DNA of 64,000 bases from a virus. The position numbers and the translations under genes were made by a program. Positions within the stretch are counted from its first letter, which is position 1. Each line of letters begins with the position of its first letter. Under the pieces are notes generated by a model. That model ran no database searches. It saw only the letters and a program-made list of their open reading frames with translations, and was not told where the DNA came from. Of the stretch, positions 25,280 through 34,945 are shown one piece after another. Location: the IMG/VR virus record IMGVR_UViG_3300028392_001993, positions 64,001-128,000 of that record; one strand, given 5' to 3'.

Positions 25280-26561
25280 TTTGCATCCACCATTTTAATA
25301 CATCTGGACAGCCGCCCAGGATATCTGTCATTGTCACACTCTGTGTTCTTATGCGTTCTAATTGTAACACACGAGCCTTGCCTCGCACAAGCCCTGCTTG
25401 ATACGTGTCCGGCCATTGTTGTTCAAACGTAGGTCGGTTCTTTAATTGTAACAGTACATCACGCATTGCGCCTGCGGAGCGGCCTGCTAACTCGTCAACC
25501 CATGGATCTAATAGGTGTCTAGGCAATGCTAAAGGACTCATTACAATATCTGGTGAGAAACTGAATATAACTTTGGCCAGCATTTCCACACCCAATTCAG
25601 CGGCCAACTCATTCATTCGATCCACTTCAGTCATGCCCGGCAGTGTCAGCGTGAAATCCAGGCGCATTTGGCGTGGATTTGTTGCTATCTCAAGGCCCTG
25701 CCGGAAGTTGTCTAAAAATAATGGATAGGAAAGACCTGTACGGATGTATTCTCCTGTGGCACCTGTTCCGTCGATGCTGGCGCAGATCTGCCAGTCTCGA
25801 ATATTTGATAAAATGTCACGGTATAGATTACTACCACGGTAATCCACCCGGCTAAGATTAGTATTGTATCTAGCATATAATTTGTCTCCATCTCCTAGTT
25901 CTATAATTCTTTTCATATACCGCCAATGCTGTTCATACATTAAAGGCTCGCCGCCTACCCAGTATATTTCTTCTACCAGGTGTTGTTCCACAGCATGACT
26001 GAATTCGGCTTCAACCTGGTCTTGCTGGAATGATTGTATTGCTCCGCGTATATCAGTTCGCATCCAATTGTTTTTAGGATTAGTCCAGTCAACCATGTTG
26101 TTAGACTTTTGTTCACTCTCCCAACTGGAGGATAGCATGTCTCCGCAGGTACGGCATTTAAAGTTACACAGGTTGCTGAACCTATAATCCCATGAAACAG
26201 GGCGCATATGAGTCGATCCATCTGGGTCAGTGCTATCCCATACTTGATCAAGTCTGTCTCCGAACAGGTGCCAAAAATAATCGCGGTATACGGATACATT
26301 GAGTAGTTTTTCATTACAAACCTCACATTCTGCTAGTGTTTCTCCTGCCATCATTCTACGGCGCACACTCTTCATATGCTCCGAATTCCAGTGCTGTTCT
26401 AGTGTTACAGGAATGTATCGGCCTGTGCCTGCTGACGTATCTATATATTGTTCAAAATTCTGTGCAGGCTCACGACTTGCACAGCACATTCTGCGTTCGG
26501 TCTGCGGGCTTAGATATGTATGCACCCAGGGTGCCATGCACAAGGTGTCAGGTTTTGACAT
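25272..26561 (-). CDS. Radical SAM enzyme 3 with N-terminal Twitch-like module
   Basis: LCMAPW...RMCC...CEVC; CNFKCRTC; VGGEP; SIDG. Confidence 0.9.
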   Translation of the reverse strand: MSKPDTLCMAPWVHTYLSPQTERRMCCASREPAQNFEQYIDTSAGTGRYIPVTLEQHWNSEHMKSVRRRMMAGETLAECEVCNEKLLNVSVYRDYFWHLFGDRLDQVWDSTDPDGSTHMRPVSWDYRFSNLCNFKCRTCGDMLSSSWESEQKSNNMVDWTNPKNNWMRTDIRGAIQSFQQDQVEAEFSHAVEQHLVEEIYWVGGEPLMYEQHWRYMKRIIELGDGDKLYARYNTNLSRVDYRGSNLYRDILSNIRDWQICASIDGTGATGEYIRTGLSYPLFLDNFRQGLEIATNPRQMRLDFTLTLPGMTEVDRMNELAAELGVEMLAKVIFSFSPDIVMSPLALPRHLLDPWVDELAGRSAGAMRDVLLQLKNRPTFEQQWPDTYQAGLVRGKARVLQLERIRTQSVTMTDILGGCPDVLKWWMQIA

Positions 26562-27759
26562 ATTCAATCAAGGCCGCAAATTCAGGTGCTACAAGTGCTA
26601 AATTCTGGTCACGTTTGCGATCCAGGTCGGCTATTTTCATTCTGGTCATAAAGCCATCAGTTGACGCACCACGCATCATAAAGTCTCGAATACGATCAAA
26701 CTCCGATCTGTAAATGGTATCTACAGAATCCAAGTATTCTGCAATGGCCTTTTTAGCCCCATCGGGCAAGCACCCAATTGAGAAATACCAAGCATCGTGC
26801 ATCATATTCCAGTACACAAAGTTAAATGATTCCCGATTCTTTTCCAACCAGGCAGCAATGTCACCTAGATAACGCACATTAAAGATGTTCACAGTGGTGC
26901 ATACTTGCAGTTCAATATTGGAATAGATCTCTTTTAAATCTCTGAATCGATCTAGGTTAGCACACACATCTGTCCACACAGCATTTGAACGTTGATATTC
27001 AAATCTCTCACCCACGTCGTCTAGACTGAATGCTATTTCTACTGTTTTAAAATGCTTCCATATGGCCTCTGCTGCCTCTGGATACTGTGTGCCATTTGTA
27101 TTATAATGTATTTCCACCTGCGGTGCAATACCGCGATCCACAATGCCCTGCAACATGTCAAAGTGTTCCTCAATCATAAAAGGCTCGCCACCGGTGAATT
27201 CTATATAGCGTATGTCATTTACGACCGAGTCAATTTGATCCCAGAATTGAGGATTGTCCCTGGGCCATGCGCCGGCCCGTAGCATTGTGTAAGCGTGTGA
27301 CTTTTTCTGTTCTTCACGCGGCAGCACAGCAATTTCTTCTGCGGCAAATTGACTTGAGCTCCAGGATCCGCATATACGGCATTTGAGATTGCATATATTG
27401 CCCAGCTTGAGATCCAGGAACATCAAGGGCTTGGCATCAGCAGTCCATTCACTTGAGATGCCCATGTGTTTGAGTCTGTCTAGTGTGTGCATGCGTTTGC
27501 TTGTGCGACCCGCACGTTCTTCGTTCCAGCATTTGCGGCATGTTTGTGGTTGTTCACCCGCCAAGAACTGCTGACGCAAACTGCGCATGTGATCACTGTT
27601 TTGTATGTCTTGAAAGCGGGCTGTGCTTAACTCAAACTTGCGGCCGCCATTGTCTACAATTTCGTCGTCGGCCAGACAGCACGGGCGCACAGTACCAATG
27701 GGCGATGCTTCTAGGCTGATCCAAGGTAACACACAAAATTTAGGGTGTGGTAAATTCAT
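26548..27759 (-). CDS. Radical SAM enzyme 4 with N-terminal Twitch-like module
   Basis: FCVLPW...RPCC...CRKCWNEE; CNLKCRIC; TGGEP; SLDD. Confidence 0.9.
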   Translation of the reverse strand: MNLPHPKFCVLPWISLEASPIGTVRPCCLADDEIVDNGGRKFELSTARFQDIQNSDHMRSLRQQFLAGEQPQTCRKCWNEERAGRTSKRMHTLDRLKHMGISSEWTADAKPLMFLDLKLGNICNLKCRICGSWSSSQFAAEEIAVLPREEQKKSHAYTMLRAGAWPRDNPQFWDQIDSVVNDIRYIEFTGGEPFMIEEHFDMLQGIVDRGIAPQVEIHYNTNGTQYPEAAEAIWKHFKTVEIAFSLDDVGERFEYQRSNAVWTDVCANLDRFRDLKEIYSNIELQVCTTVNIFNVRYLGDIAAWLEKNRESFNFVYWNMMHDAWYFSIGCLPDGAKKAIAEYLDSVDTIYRSEFDRIRDFMMRGASTDGFMTRMKIADLDRKRDQNLALVAPEFAALIEYVKT

Positions 27760-29018
27760 TTTAATGCTGCCAATTCAGGTAATGCGTGTTGCCATGATTC
27801 ATTTCTGATGTCATCCAATTCATGTGTTCGGCGCCAGAACGAGTCTATTAACTGTGTGTTATCTGTAGCGTTCATAAAGGCAATGGCGCTCCGAAATCCT
27901 TGTGTGGCACGGCCTAGCGGATCTCTGTCGCTCATCCACGACAAGTGCCGGAGATACTTGTCTTCCAGGCGTTGTTTGTATTCAGCCGGAGCAATGTCTA
28001 TACGATAGTGCGGGGGATCCTGCAGGATGTTTACATTTAAATCCTGTGCGCGAATTAATCCTGCGGCTGTCCATTCCCGGTGAAAGTCCGGCAGGTGCCA
28101 GGCATTTAATATGCTGAGTGTGGGTGAGATATAAAAGTCCACGTCAGGACATGTGGCAATCATTTGGTGGCGGTTTTTGACCACGTCGTACCATCGAGTA
28201 CCTTTGCGTATGTATTCAGCAGGGTGTCCCATGCCGTCCAAACTGGCACCCACTGCCACACTATCAAATTGCCGCCAGTATTCAAATACTGACCGTCCTT
28301 TTAGGTCTGTGTGTGTGAAGTTTGTGTTGTAGATTAATCGTACATCAAAGCGTTTGCGCCGCACTAGTTCTTCTAGGATGTTATAGTGCTCTTCCATCAG
28401 CAAAGGCTCGCCTCCGGCAAAGTAGATCTGCTCTACATAATCCAGGTGCGGCTCAAGTTGAGTCCACATGTCTGTCTCTGTGCGGCCTGCATAGTTAAGA
28501 ACTGTATTGCGATCCTTCCATTCTGGACCTGCTAGTCGTGCTTGATCTTGATACCACTGGCTTGAAAAGATATGCCCGCATGAGCGACATTTTAAATTGC
28601 AGAGATTTGAAAAACGAATATCCCAGTAGGTCATTTCAAATGGGTTTGAATCCAGTTTCTTTACGTGATGCCCGTGATGTTTGTTTGCCGATCGTCGGCC
28701 ACTAAAGAATCCTGACTGTTCCTGTTCATAGCAACGTGTACAGGCGGCATGTGGTGTTTCACTCAGCATGCTTTCACGTAGTTGTTGCATGGGCTGGTCG
28801 CGCCATATTTCCGCCAGAGTGTTGGTTCTACAATTGCCCACAACGCCGGGTTTCATTTCAGCATGACAACAAGGATATGCTTCGCCCGTGGGATATGCGT
28901 GTAAATGAATCCAGGGATAGATACAGAATGTTTTAGAATCTTCTAGTAAGAAACGCTCACGTTCAGTGAGTTCTGTGGCTCGCACTAGATCTGTGCTGTT
29001 ATATTTGTAATTACTCAT
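27756..29018 (-). CDS. Radical SAM enzyme 5 with N-terminal Twitch-like module
   Basis: FCIYPW...YPCC...CTRCYEQE; CNLKCRSC; AGGEP; SLDG. Confidence 0.9.
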   Translation of the reverse strand: MSNYKYNSTDLVRATELTERERFLLEDSKTFCIYPWIHLHAYPTGEAYPCCHAEMKPGVVGNCRTNTLAEIWRDQPMQQLRESMLSETPHAACTRCYEQEQSGFFSGRRSANKHHGHHVKKLDSNPFEMTYWDIRFSNLCNLKCRSCGHIFSSQWYQDQARLAGPEWKDRNTVLNYAGRTETDMWTQLEPHLDYVEQIYFAGGEPLLMEEHYNILEELVRRKRFDVRLIYNTNFTHTDLKGRSVFEYWRQFDSVAVGASLDGMGHPAEYIRKGTRWYDVVKNRHQMIATCPDVDFYISPTLSILNAWHLPDFHREWTAAGLIRAQDLNVNILQDPPHYRIDIAPAEYKQRLEDKYLRHLSWMSDRDPLGRATQGFRSAIAFMNATDNTQLIDSFWRRTHELDDIRNESWQHALPELAALK

Positions 29019-29727
29019 AAAGGTCTGACCAATGTTGTAAAATCATTTTTTCTAAATTAGCATTTGAATTAGTATCAAACACAGCCGGAGTTAGCAAAAC
29101 AAATTCTGGAAATTGTACAAGAAATTTAGTAAGATGGTAATGAAGTTCGGAATCTTCTTCATGTGGATCGGCTCTAAACATTACAAACTTGCTGTCCGAG
29201 TCTCGGCATTTTCTAACTATTTCATTTACATAGTTTGTAAAATTATAAAAATCATCATCAGAAATTTGGCTTAGTTGTAATACTACATTTTTTTTTGTTA
29301 AATTATTGCACATTACTTGTTGATACAAGTTTTGATTATTTTTGACTCTTACAACTGAACTATCAGTATCTGTTGGTTTGAAGTATGTAACTATATAGCA
29401 CCAAGGTCTGTCAGACTGAATTATTACCTGCTGTCGATGCTTCAAAAACAAACAGGTGTTCATTGACTGATAATATGAATCTACATCTAGATAACTTAGT
29501 GGATGTTGGTCTAGCAATACAATCAAATCAAAACTTTTGCATACTGCTCTTAGATAATCTACACTTATTGTTCCAATATCTGTGTAATAGCATCCGAATT
29601 GAATATCTGTGTTTTGTTCAGTCAATAGGCCGTTTAATTCAGTTGAGTACTGCCTGGCTACCTGTTCTGACAGAGTTATTGTGTCCATTGAACTATTACC
29701 CAAACAAAGTATTTTTATTTTTTCCAT
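29011..29727 (-). CDS. Hypothetical protein (AT-rich)
   Basis: 238 aa; operonic overlaps. Confidence 0.6.
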   Translation of the reverse strand: MEKIKILCLGNSSMDTITLSEQVARQYSTELNGLLTEQNTDIQFGCYYTDIGTISVDYLRAVCKSFDLIVLLDQHPLSYLDVDSYYQSMNTCLFLKHRQQVIIQSDRPWCYIVTYFKPTDTDSSVVRVKNNQNLYQQVMCNNLTKKNVVLQLSQISDDDFYNFTNYVNEIVRKCRDSDSKFVMFRADPHEEDSELHYHLTKFLVQFPEFVLLTPAVFDTNSNANLEKMILQHWSDLYE

Positions 29728-30347
29728 GTCATTGAACTTTGTTTAAACCAAAGTCTCCATAAATCGTCGACCAAATTTAGGTCTAATTCCAGATCTAATT
29801 CTAGGTCTAATTTTGCAATTTGATTTAAGTATTGCGTCCTATCAAAGAAGCTGTCAAAAGGAACTGTCAATGAAATATCTTTAAGCATATTGGATATTTC
29901 TGTCAGACATTGATATTCATTATCAAAATCAAGACTATACACTTTGGTTGCTCGATTTTTTAATAAAAATTCCTTGTGCTCTGGGCCAACCTCAATCAAA
30001 ATAACTTTTTCATAGAACTTTTTGCCCCACAATATTTTTTGCGTGTAGTGAGAGTAAAATTCCAATGGATGCCAATTGTCAATTGTCCACAATTCACAAT
30101 CTTCATAATGATAAAAATCAATTGCACCGATGGTGTAACTCAAACGATCTTTTCTTTCTGCTTTTTTCCAGTCTGTGCTGTCCCAGGTCATGTAGCGATT
30201 AAATTTTTCTTGTGCAGTTAATTTTTTTTTATACTCGTCGAGATCTTGTCCTCTAGTGCCTGTAATTGTTTTTTCACTCAATGTCAATGTTTTATACAAC
30301 ATGCTTCCTGCTGACCCTGGCAAATAGATTATGGTTGCTTTTAACAT
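29715..30347 (-). CDS. Hypothetical protein, possible P-loop/sulfotransferase-like fold
   Basis: N-terminal IIYLPGSAGSML; AT-rich. Confidence 0.4.
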   Translation of the reverse strand: MLKATIIYLPGSAGSMLYKTLTLSEKTITGTRGQDLDEYKKKLTAQEKFNRYMTWDSTDWKKAERKDRLSYTIGAIDFYHYEDCELWTIDNWHPLEFYSHYTQKILWGKKFYEKVILIEVGPEHKEFLLKNRATKVYSLDFDNEYQCLTEISNMLKDISLTVPFDSFFDRTQYLNQIAKLDLELDLELDLNLVDDLWRLWFKQSSMTWKK

Positions 30348-30354
30348 ATGGTTT

Positions 30355-31686
30355 TTAGATTGTATTGTACCATTCTTTTAGTTCAGGAAATGCTAGGCCA
30401 AAGTCTTTGCCACGACGTTGATCGTACTGTGAATAAAACTGTTTGAAATCATTATGTAATTTAGGCATGTCAAACGCATCAGAGTGCGGAGTCTTGACCA
30501 CATCCAAATAGTCTATTAGACGTTGTGTGTGATTTACTTCGTGTTCATGTATGAATTCCGAATCCGCCCAGTGTGCCAGCCAGGTCTTCAAGCGTTGACC
30601 ATATACTGTGCGCTGTGCATCGGGCAGGACCAGGGGTGATTGGAAACTTGGAAAGCGTAGAATATTTAGTGTGAAACTTATGGCATCACGCCCATATTCC
30701 AGTTTCCAATTCATTATGCATTCCAGCAATTGATCTAGTGTGCTTAAACATAACGCATTGATTGTTGCCATAACATGTATGCCACGGAACTGTCCTGAGT
30801 CTAATAATCGTTCTACATTATTAGCCCAGTCGTCCCAGACGAGCCCGTCACGAATATACTCGGCCTGTGAAGAAATTGCCTCATTTGAGGTGTACAAGTC
30901 AATGGCCATTCCTTGGGTTGAGGCAAGCAATCGGTCAATGTCAATGTCGGTTCCCAGATTACTATTGATAGCAAGGCGTGTGCTACTACGTCCCCGGTTG
31001 TCTCGAAACCAGTCGATGAGTCGCCAAGTGTGTGCGGACATGAGCGGCTCTCCTCCGGTAATTCTAAGTTCCTGGAGGGTATGATGTAGATCACTTTCCC
31101 ACCAGTCAAAAAATGCATCAATATATGGATTAGCCTCCGTGATCTTAAACAACTGGGCACTATCATGGGTATGGGTAAAGTGATTGCGGCCGTCACTAAC
31201 AAGATTGTTGTAGGGTCCGTTACGTCGAATATCATTAACCCAAGTTGTGCTAAATGCAGGGTTGCAGTAACTGCAAGCAAATTGACAAGTGCGATCAAAA
31301 GCAATTTCCAAGGTACGGAGATTGACGTCTTGATCGGGTAAAGTATTTCTAGCCTCATGCAATGCCTCTATAGGATATATCCGTGATTTATACACACGAT
31401 CACTAACAGCGTCGCGGCCCATGTCTTCGATCTTCCAGCAGTACTCACAGCCCGCAGGGCGTTCGCCTGCAAGCATTTTCTCACGGTCCTCTTTCTTTTG
31501 ATCAGTATTGTGCAGTAGCCTAGGGTTGTCCCGGACTCGATCAATATCCACCCGATGGGCCGGAGGGTGGTGACAACTTGTGGTCATACCAGAGCCTAAC
31601 CAAATGGTTGCATTGTACCATTTAGCCGCACAAAAACTTGCAGATAATGTGTCTAATACTGTGTGTCGAAATTCTAGATCATTCAT
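30355..31686 (-). CDS. Radical SAM enzyme 6 with N-terminal Twitch-like module
   Basis: FCAAKW...TSCH...CEYCWKIE; CQFACSYC; TGGEP; ATG 31686 preferred. Confidence 0.9.
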   Translation of the reverse strand: MNDLEFRHTVLDTLSASFCAAKWYNATIWLGSGMTTSCHHPPAHRVDIDRVRDNPRLLHNTDQKKEDREKMLAGERPAGCEYCWKIEDMGRDAVSDRVYKSRIYPIEALHEARNTLPDQDVNLRTLEIAFDRTCQFACSYCNPAFSTTWVNDIRRNGPYNNLVSDGRNHFTHTHDSAQLFKITEANPYIDAFFDWWESDLHHTLQELRITGGEPLMSAHTWRLIDWFRDNRGRSSTRLAINSNLGTDIDIDRLLASTQGMAIDLYTSNEAISSQAEYIRDGLVWDDWANNVERLLDSGQFRGIHVMATINALCLSTLDQLLECIMNWKLEYGRDAISFTLNILRFPSFQSPLVLPDAQRTVYGQRLKTWLAHWADSEFIHEHEVNHTQRLIDYLDVVKTPHSDAFDMPKLHNDFKQFYSQYDQRRGKDFGLAFPELKEWYNTI

Positions 31687-32719
31687 TGATAAATTTAAGT
31701 ACTCGTTGTGGTAGATCAGCCAGTTGTTGGGCTGAGTATTGTCGAAGATGCTGTTGGTTATATTTACATATGGGTTCGGCCGCGCTGAGGAAATCCACCA
31801 AATTACCTTGACATAGTTCTTCAACAACTTGTATTATACGCTGAAATCTGTCAGAACTCAAGTGAATTGAATCAAATGATTCATCGATTATCGAACCAAA
31901 TGTTTTAAATCCTAGATTGTGTAGATCACGATAAAAATTAACATTTGAGAATATCACAAACGGATGCCCTATTGCCAGTGGTTTGGCTGTTTTTTCTGTG
32001 ATAAAAGTATAAGGATAATCAAATATGGTTTCACTGACCACACTGAAGTAAGTGTCAATATAGGGTTCCGGACGAATATAAATCTCTCCCCATTCATTAT
32101 TGAACAATTCGTGCTTGACAAATCTAGTGTCAGGGTTGATATTGGGAGTATAACGTTCTACTTCATACTCACGTGGCAGCAGTCGAACCGGGCGTAAATA
32201 GCTGTCTAAATTGGTCCATAATGCTGAATCTAACAAATTGCGTTGTTCAAGTTCATTTAGCATTTGTACTCTGTGTGGACGACTGCGGCCATTTAAACAC
32301 AAAAAAGTATGGGGCTTGTGAGTCTTTTGAAATATTTCATCTGTGCGTTTGGCTGCCTGCGTATTTTCCTCAAAGCGAAATGGCTGTGTTAAAAAATGCT
32401 CAAACAACATGTGTGGGTATTCCGGGGGCAGGCGGCCGCCTGTGACTATTTTAATTTTGCCCGACAGCACAAGATCTTCTACTCCATACATGCGTATGTG
32501 TTGAACAAATGTTTCAGACCCTTCTGCTGGATTAGAAAAAAATATGCGACATTGATCGACCATGCTTCTAATCCGATCAGCATTTAGTCGCAGTTGTTCC
32601 CGACCTACAATATAAGTAGCACCCGGGATGACCGGGATTGTGTCAAATACGTGGTATGCCCGATCTGCGTAAGGCAACATCATTGGATTTAGTTCGCAAC
32701 GATAGTCCAAGAATAGCAT
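31679..32719 (-). CDS. GT10-like glycosyltransferase, paralogue 3
   Basis: FLCLNGRSRPHR...FSVVSET...FITEKTAKPLAIGHPF...GFKTF...DESFD. Confidence 0.55.
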   Translation of the reverse strand: MLFLDYRCELNPMMLPYADRAYHVFDTIPVIPGATYIVGREQLRLNADRIRSMVDQCRIFFSNPAEGSETFVQHIRMYGVEDLVLSGKIKIVTGGRLPPEYPHMLFEHFLTQPFRFEENTQAAKRTDEIFQKTHKPHTFLCLNGRSRPHRVQMLNELEQRNLLDSALWTNLDSYLRPVRLLPREYEVERYTPNINPDTRFVKHELFNNEWGEIYIRPEPYIDTYFSVVSETIFDYPYTFITEKTAKPLAIGHPFVIFSNVNFYRDLHNLGFKTFGSIIDESFDSIHLSSDRFQRIIQVVEELCQGNLVDFLSAAEPICKYNQQHLRQYSAQQLADLPQRVLKFINE

Positions 32720-34086
32720 TATCGTCTGCTCCAGGATTCACATTCTGTCCACCATCTTTTCATTTCAGGGAAGGTCCGTGAAAAGTCTGTACCGCGGCGT
32801 TGATCATGTTCGCTAAAGAAACGATAAAAGTCTGCCCGGGCCTGGGAATGATCTTGTGCCTGAGCACTACGCATCCAAGCAATGTCACGATCTAATCGTG
32901 CTACTTCGTAGTCTTTGAATCCATTGTACAGGTTGCTGTCTGTGGTTAGGTTTTGACTCATCCAGTCCCGAACTGACTCTAACTTTTGAGCATAGGATTC
33001 TGGGAGTACTTGCAGGCTTTGCCAGGCAGGTTGTCTTAGCACAGGCGTATCAAACCACACACGTTGATATGTTCGACTGTGTCGGCGACGTAGTTCTAGT
33101 ATGCCTTCCAGCAATTGTTGCAAACTGCTCACGCTCAGGTTATTCATTGTTATAATAAACGTCAGGCTGTTGTAACTAGGAACTTCAGTGAGATATTGAT
33201 CTACTCGGCTCCACACTAGATCAAAGTTCATGCCGTGTCGCATGTATTCTGCCTGAGCCCCCCAGCCGTCTAGACTCACATACTGCATAAAGTGTTCTAT
33301 GCGTCCATCGCAAATGGTTTTTAACGAAGTCAAGTAGCGATCAAACAGGCTCTGCTCCACTGAGAAGTTTGATGTAACGTTCAAGTGCAGTTTCTTTGAA
33401 GGATTCTCAATCACATAGTCAAACACTCTATAGGTGTTCCGATCCATCAACGGCTCGCCACCGGTCATTCTAAAGTGTTCTAGAGCAGGGTATAGCGTGG
33501 GCCACCACTTCCAAAATGCTTCTACGTAAGGATTTGTGTCCCGGGCAGGAATAGGGCGATTACGTCCGACGAAATGAGTAGGATCATTATGAATAGTACT
33601 AGTTGGGTAACCACCCCACCGATCAACTTCAGTCTGCCATGTTGAACTAAACTGTGGACTGCAATAACTACAAGCAAGATTGCAAGCATGATTAAAATTA
33701 ACTTCAACATAACTAGGCACAACATCTTCATCTCCTGAGGAATTCTCTATTTGATCAAAATCCACAGCGGCCCAGGGCTCTCCCGAACGGTAATGCCTGT
33801 CGCTGAGTTTGCCCTGGTCTTCCATGTTCCAACAGTAGGAGCATTCCGCAGGGCGTTCCTGCTTTAACATGATCTTGCGCTGTGCTTTTTTGTGTTCTGT
33901 ATTGTGCAAGGCTGCGGGATTAGTTGCTATCGATTCGGGATCAATTTCATGCAAGGGAGGATGATAACAACTATTATTAAGTCCAGTAGGCAAGTGCAGG
34001 CTCACCTGTTTCCATTTGGCCAAACATAGGGCCGGGCCCAGTTGATCTTTCATTTGTTCTGCACTGTATTGGAAATTGCTTTTCAT
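32719..34086 (-). CDS. Radical SAM enzyme 7 with N-terminal Twitch-like module
   Basis: LCLAKW...NSCY...CSYCWNME; CNLACSYC; TGGEP; SLDG. Confidence 0.9.
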   Translation of the reverse strand: MKSNFQYSAEQMKDQLGPALCLAKWKQVSLHLPTGLNNSCYHPPLHEIDPESIATNPAALHNTEHKKAQRKIMLKQERPAECSYCWNMEDQGKLSDRHYRSGEPWAAVDFDQIENSSGDEDVVPSYVEVNFNHACNLACSYCSPQFSSTWQTEVDRWGGYPTSTIHNDPTHFVGRNRPIPARDTNPYVEAFWKWWPTLYPALEHFRMTGGEPLMDRNTYRVFDYVIENPSKKLHLNVTSNFSVEQSLFDRYLTSLKTICDGRIEHFMQYVSLDGWGAQAEYMRHGMNFDLVWSRVDQYLTEVPSYNSLTFIITMNNLSVSSLQQLLEGILELRRRHSRTYQRVWFDTPVLRQPAWQSLQVLPESYAQKLESVRDWMSQNLTTDSNLYNGFKDYEVARLDRDIAWMRSAQAQDHSQARADFYRFFSEHDQRRGTDFSRTFPEMKRWWTECESWSRR

Positions 34087-34105
34087 ATTTTAAACTCGGA
34101 TTGAT

Positions 34106-34945
34106 TTATTTTAAAGTAACAAAGTTCACATGATTTATTACAGAGCCAGGTTGTGTGTTGGGACATTGGCCACACTGCACATGCGGTTTTCCAAAATTAT
34201 CGATAAATTCTAAGAGATCTGAATCGGAGCAATCAGGGGTTAGCCCGGGCACAATATAAGGTGTCCATTGGTTGTAATTATGCGCGGCAACTCTGGTCAC
34301 TGTTTCATCTAATAGACCCGAGGTACTGCACTTGTATATCTTGCCATTGTGTAACAATGGACAAGTTTGTTGAATACATTTATCAAATGCTGTCATTGGG
34401 TCTGAGTTCCATGGCAACATATTATTATAATCATTGCGATATGTTTTGATAAACGTATCAGGACGTTTAACATGGAATCTAAAATTATTGTCAGTGACCC
34501 ATCTGTCTATGCCAAATTCATGTACCGGAGTCCATGCGTATCTTTTTGATATAGTGTCGATTATGCCATTGAGTTCAGGAGTGTCGACATGAACAGTAAT
34601 TTTAAAACTAACATTTCCTAGTTCATACATCAGATCAACGAGTTTTTGATTTTTGGCTAATAATAATCCATTTGTTGTAAATCTAATTTGTGAATTAGGG
34701 AGTAACTGTCTCAGCCCAATCAGCCACTCTTTGCATTCTGGATTGATCAATGGTTCGCCGCCAATGATGCCAAACTCGGGCAACTCAATTCGACTCAACC
34801 AAGCAGAAATCCACTGCTGTCCTTGCTCCCAGGATACGTAGCCTGAATGTTTTAAGTCGCTGTAGTTTGTACAACCCAAGCAAGACAGATTACATACCTG
34901 TGTAATCATGGTCTCTAAGAAAGGCAATGTCATCTTAGGTGACAT
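34106..34945 (-). CDS. Radical SAM enzyme 8 (N-terminal CX3CX2C, C-terminal SPASM-like Cys cluster)
   Basis: CNLSCLGC; GGEPL; TTNGLL; C-terminal CIQQTCPLLHNGKIYKC...CGQCP; start at 34945 or 34933. Confidence 0.88.
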   Translation of the reverse strand: MSPKMTLPFLETMITQVCNLSCLGCTNYSDLKHSGYVSWEQGQQWISAWLSRIELPEFGIIGGEPLINPECKEWLIGLRQLLPNSQIRFTTNGLLLAKNQKLVDLMYELGNVSFKITVHVDTPELNGIIDTISKRYAWTPVHEFGIDRWVTDNNFRFHVKRPDTFIKTYRNDYNNMLPWNSDPMTAFDKCIQQTCPLLHNGKIYKCSTSGLLDETVTRVAAHNYNQWTPYIVPGLTPDCSDSDLLEFIDNFGKPHVQCGQCPNTQPGSVINHVNFVTLK

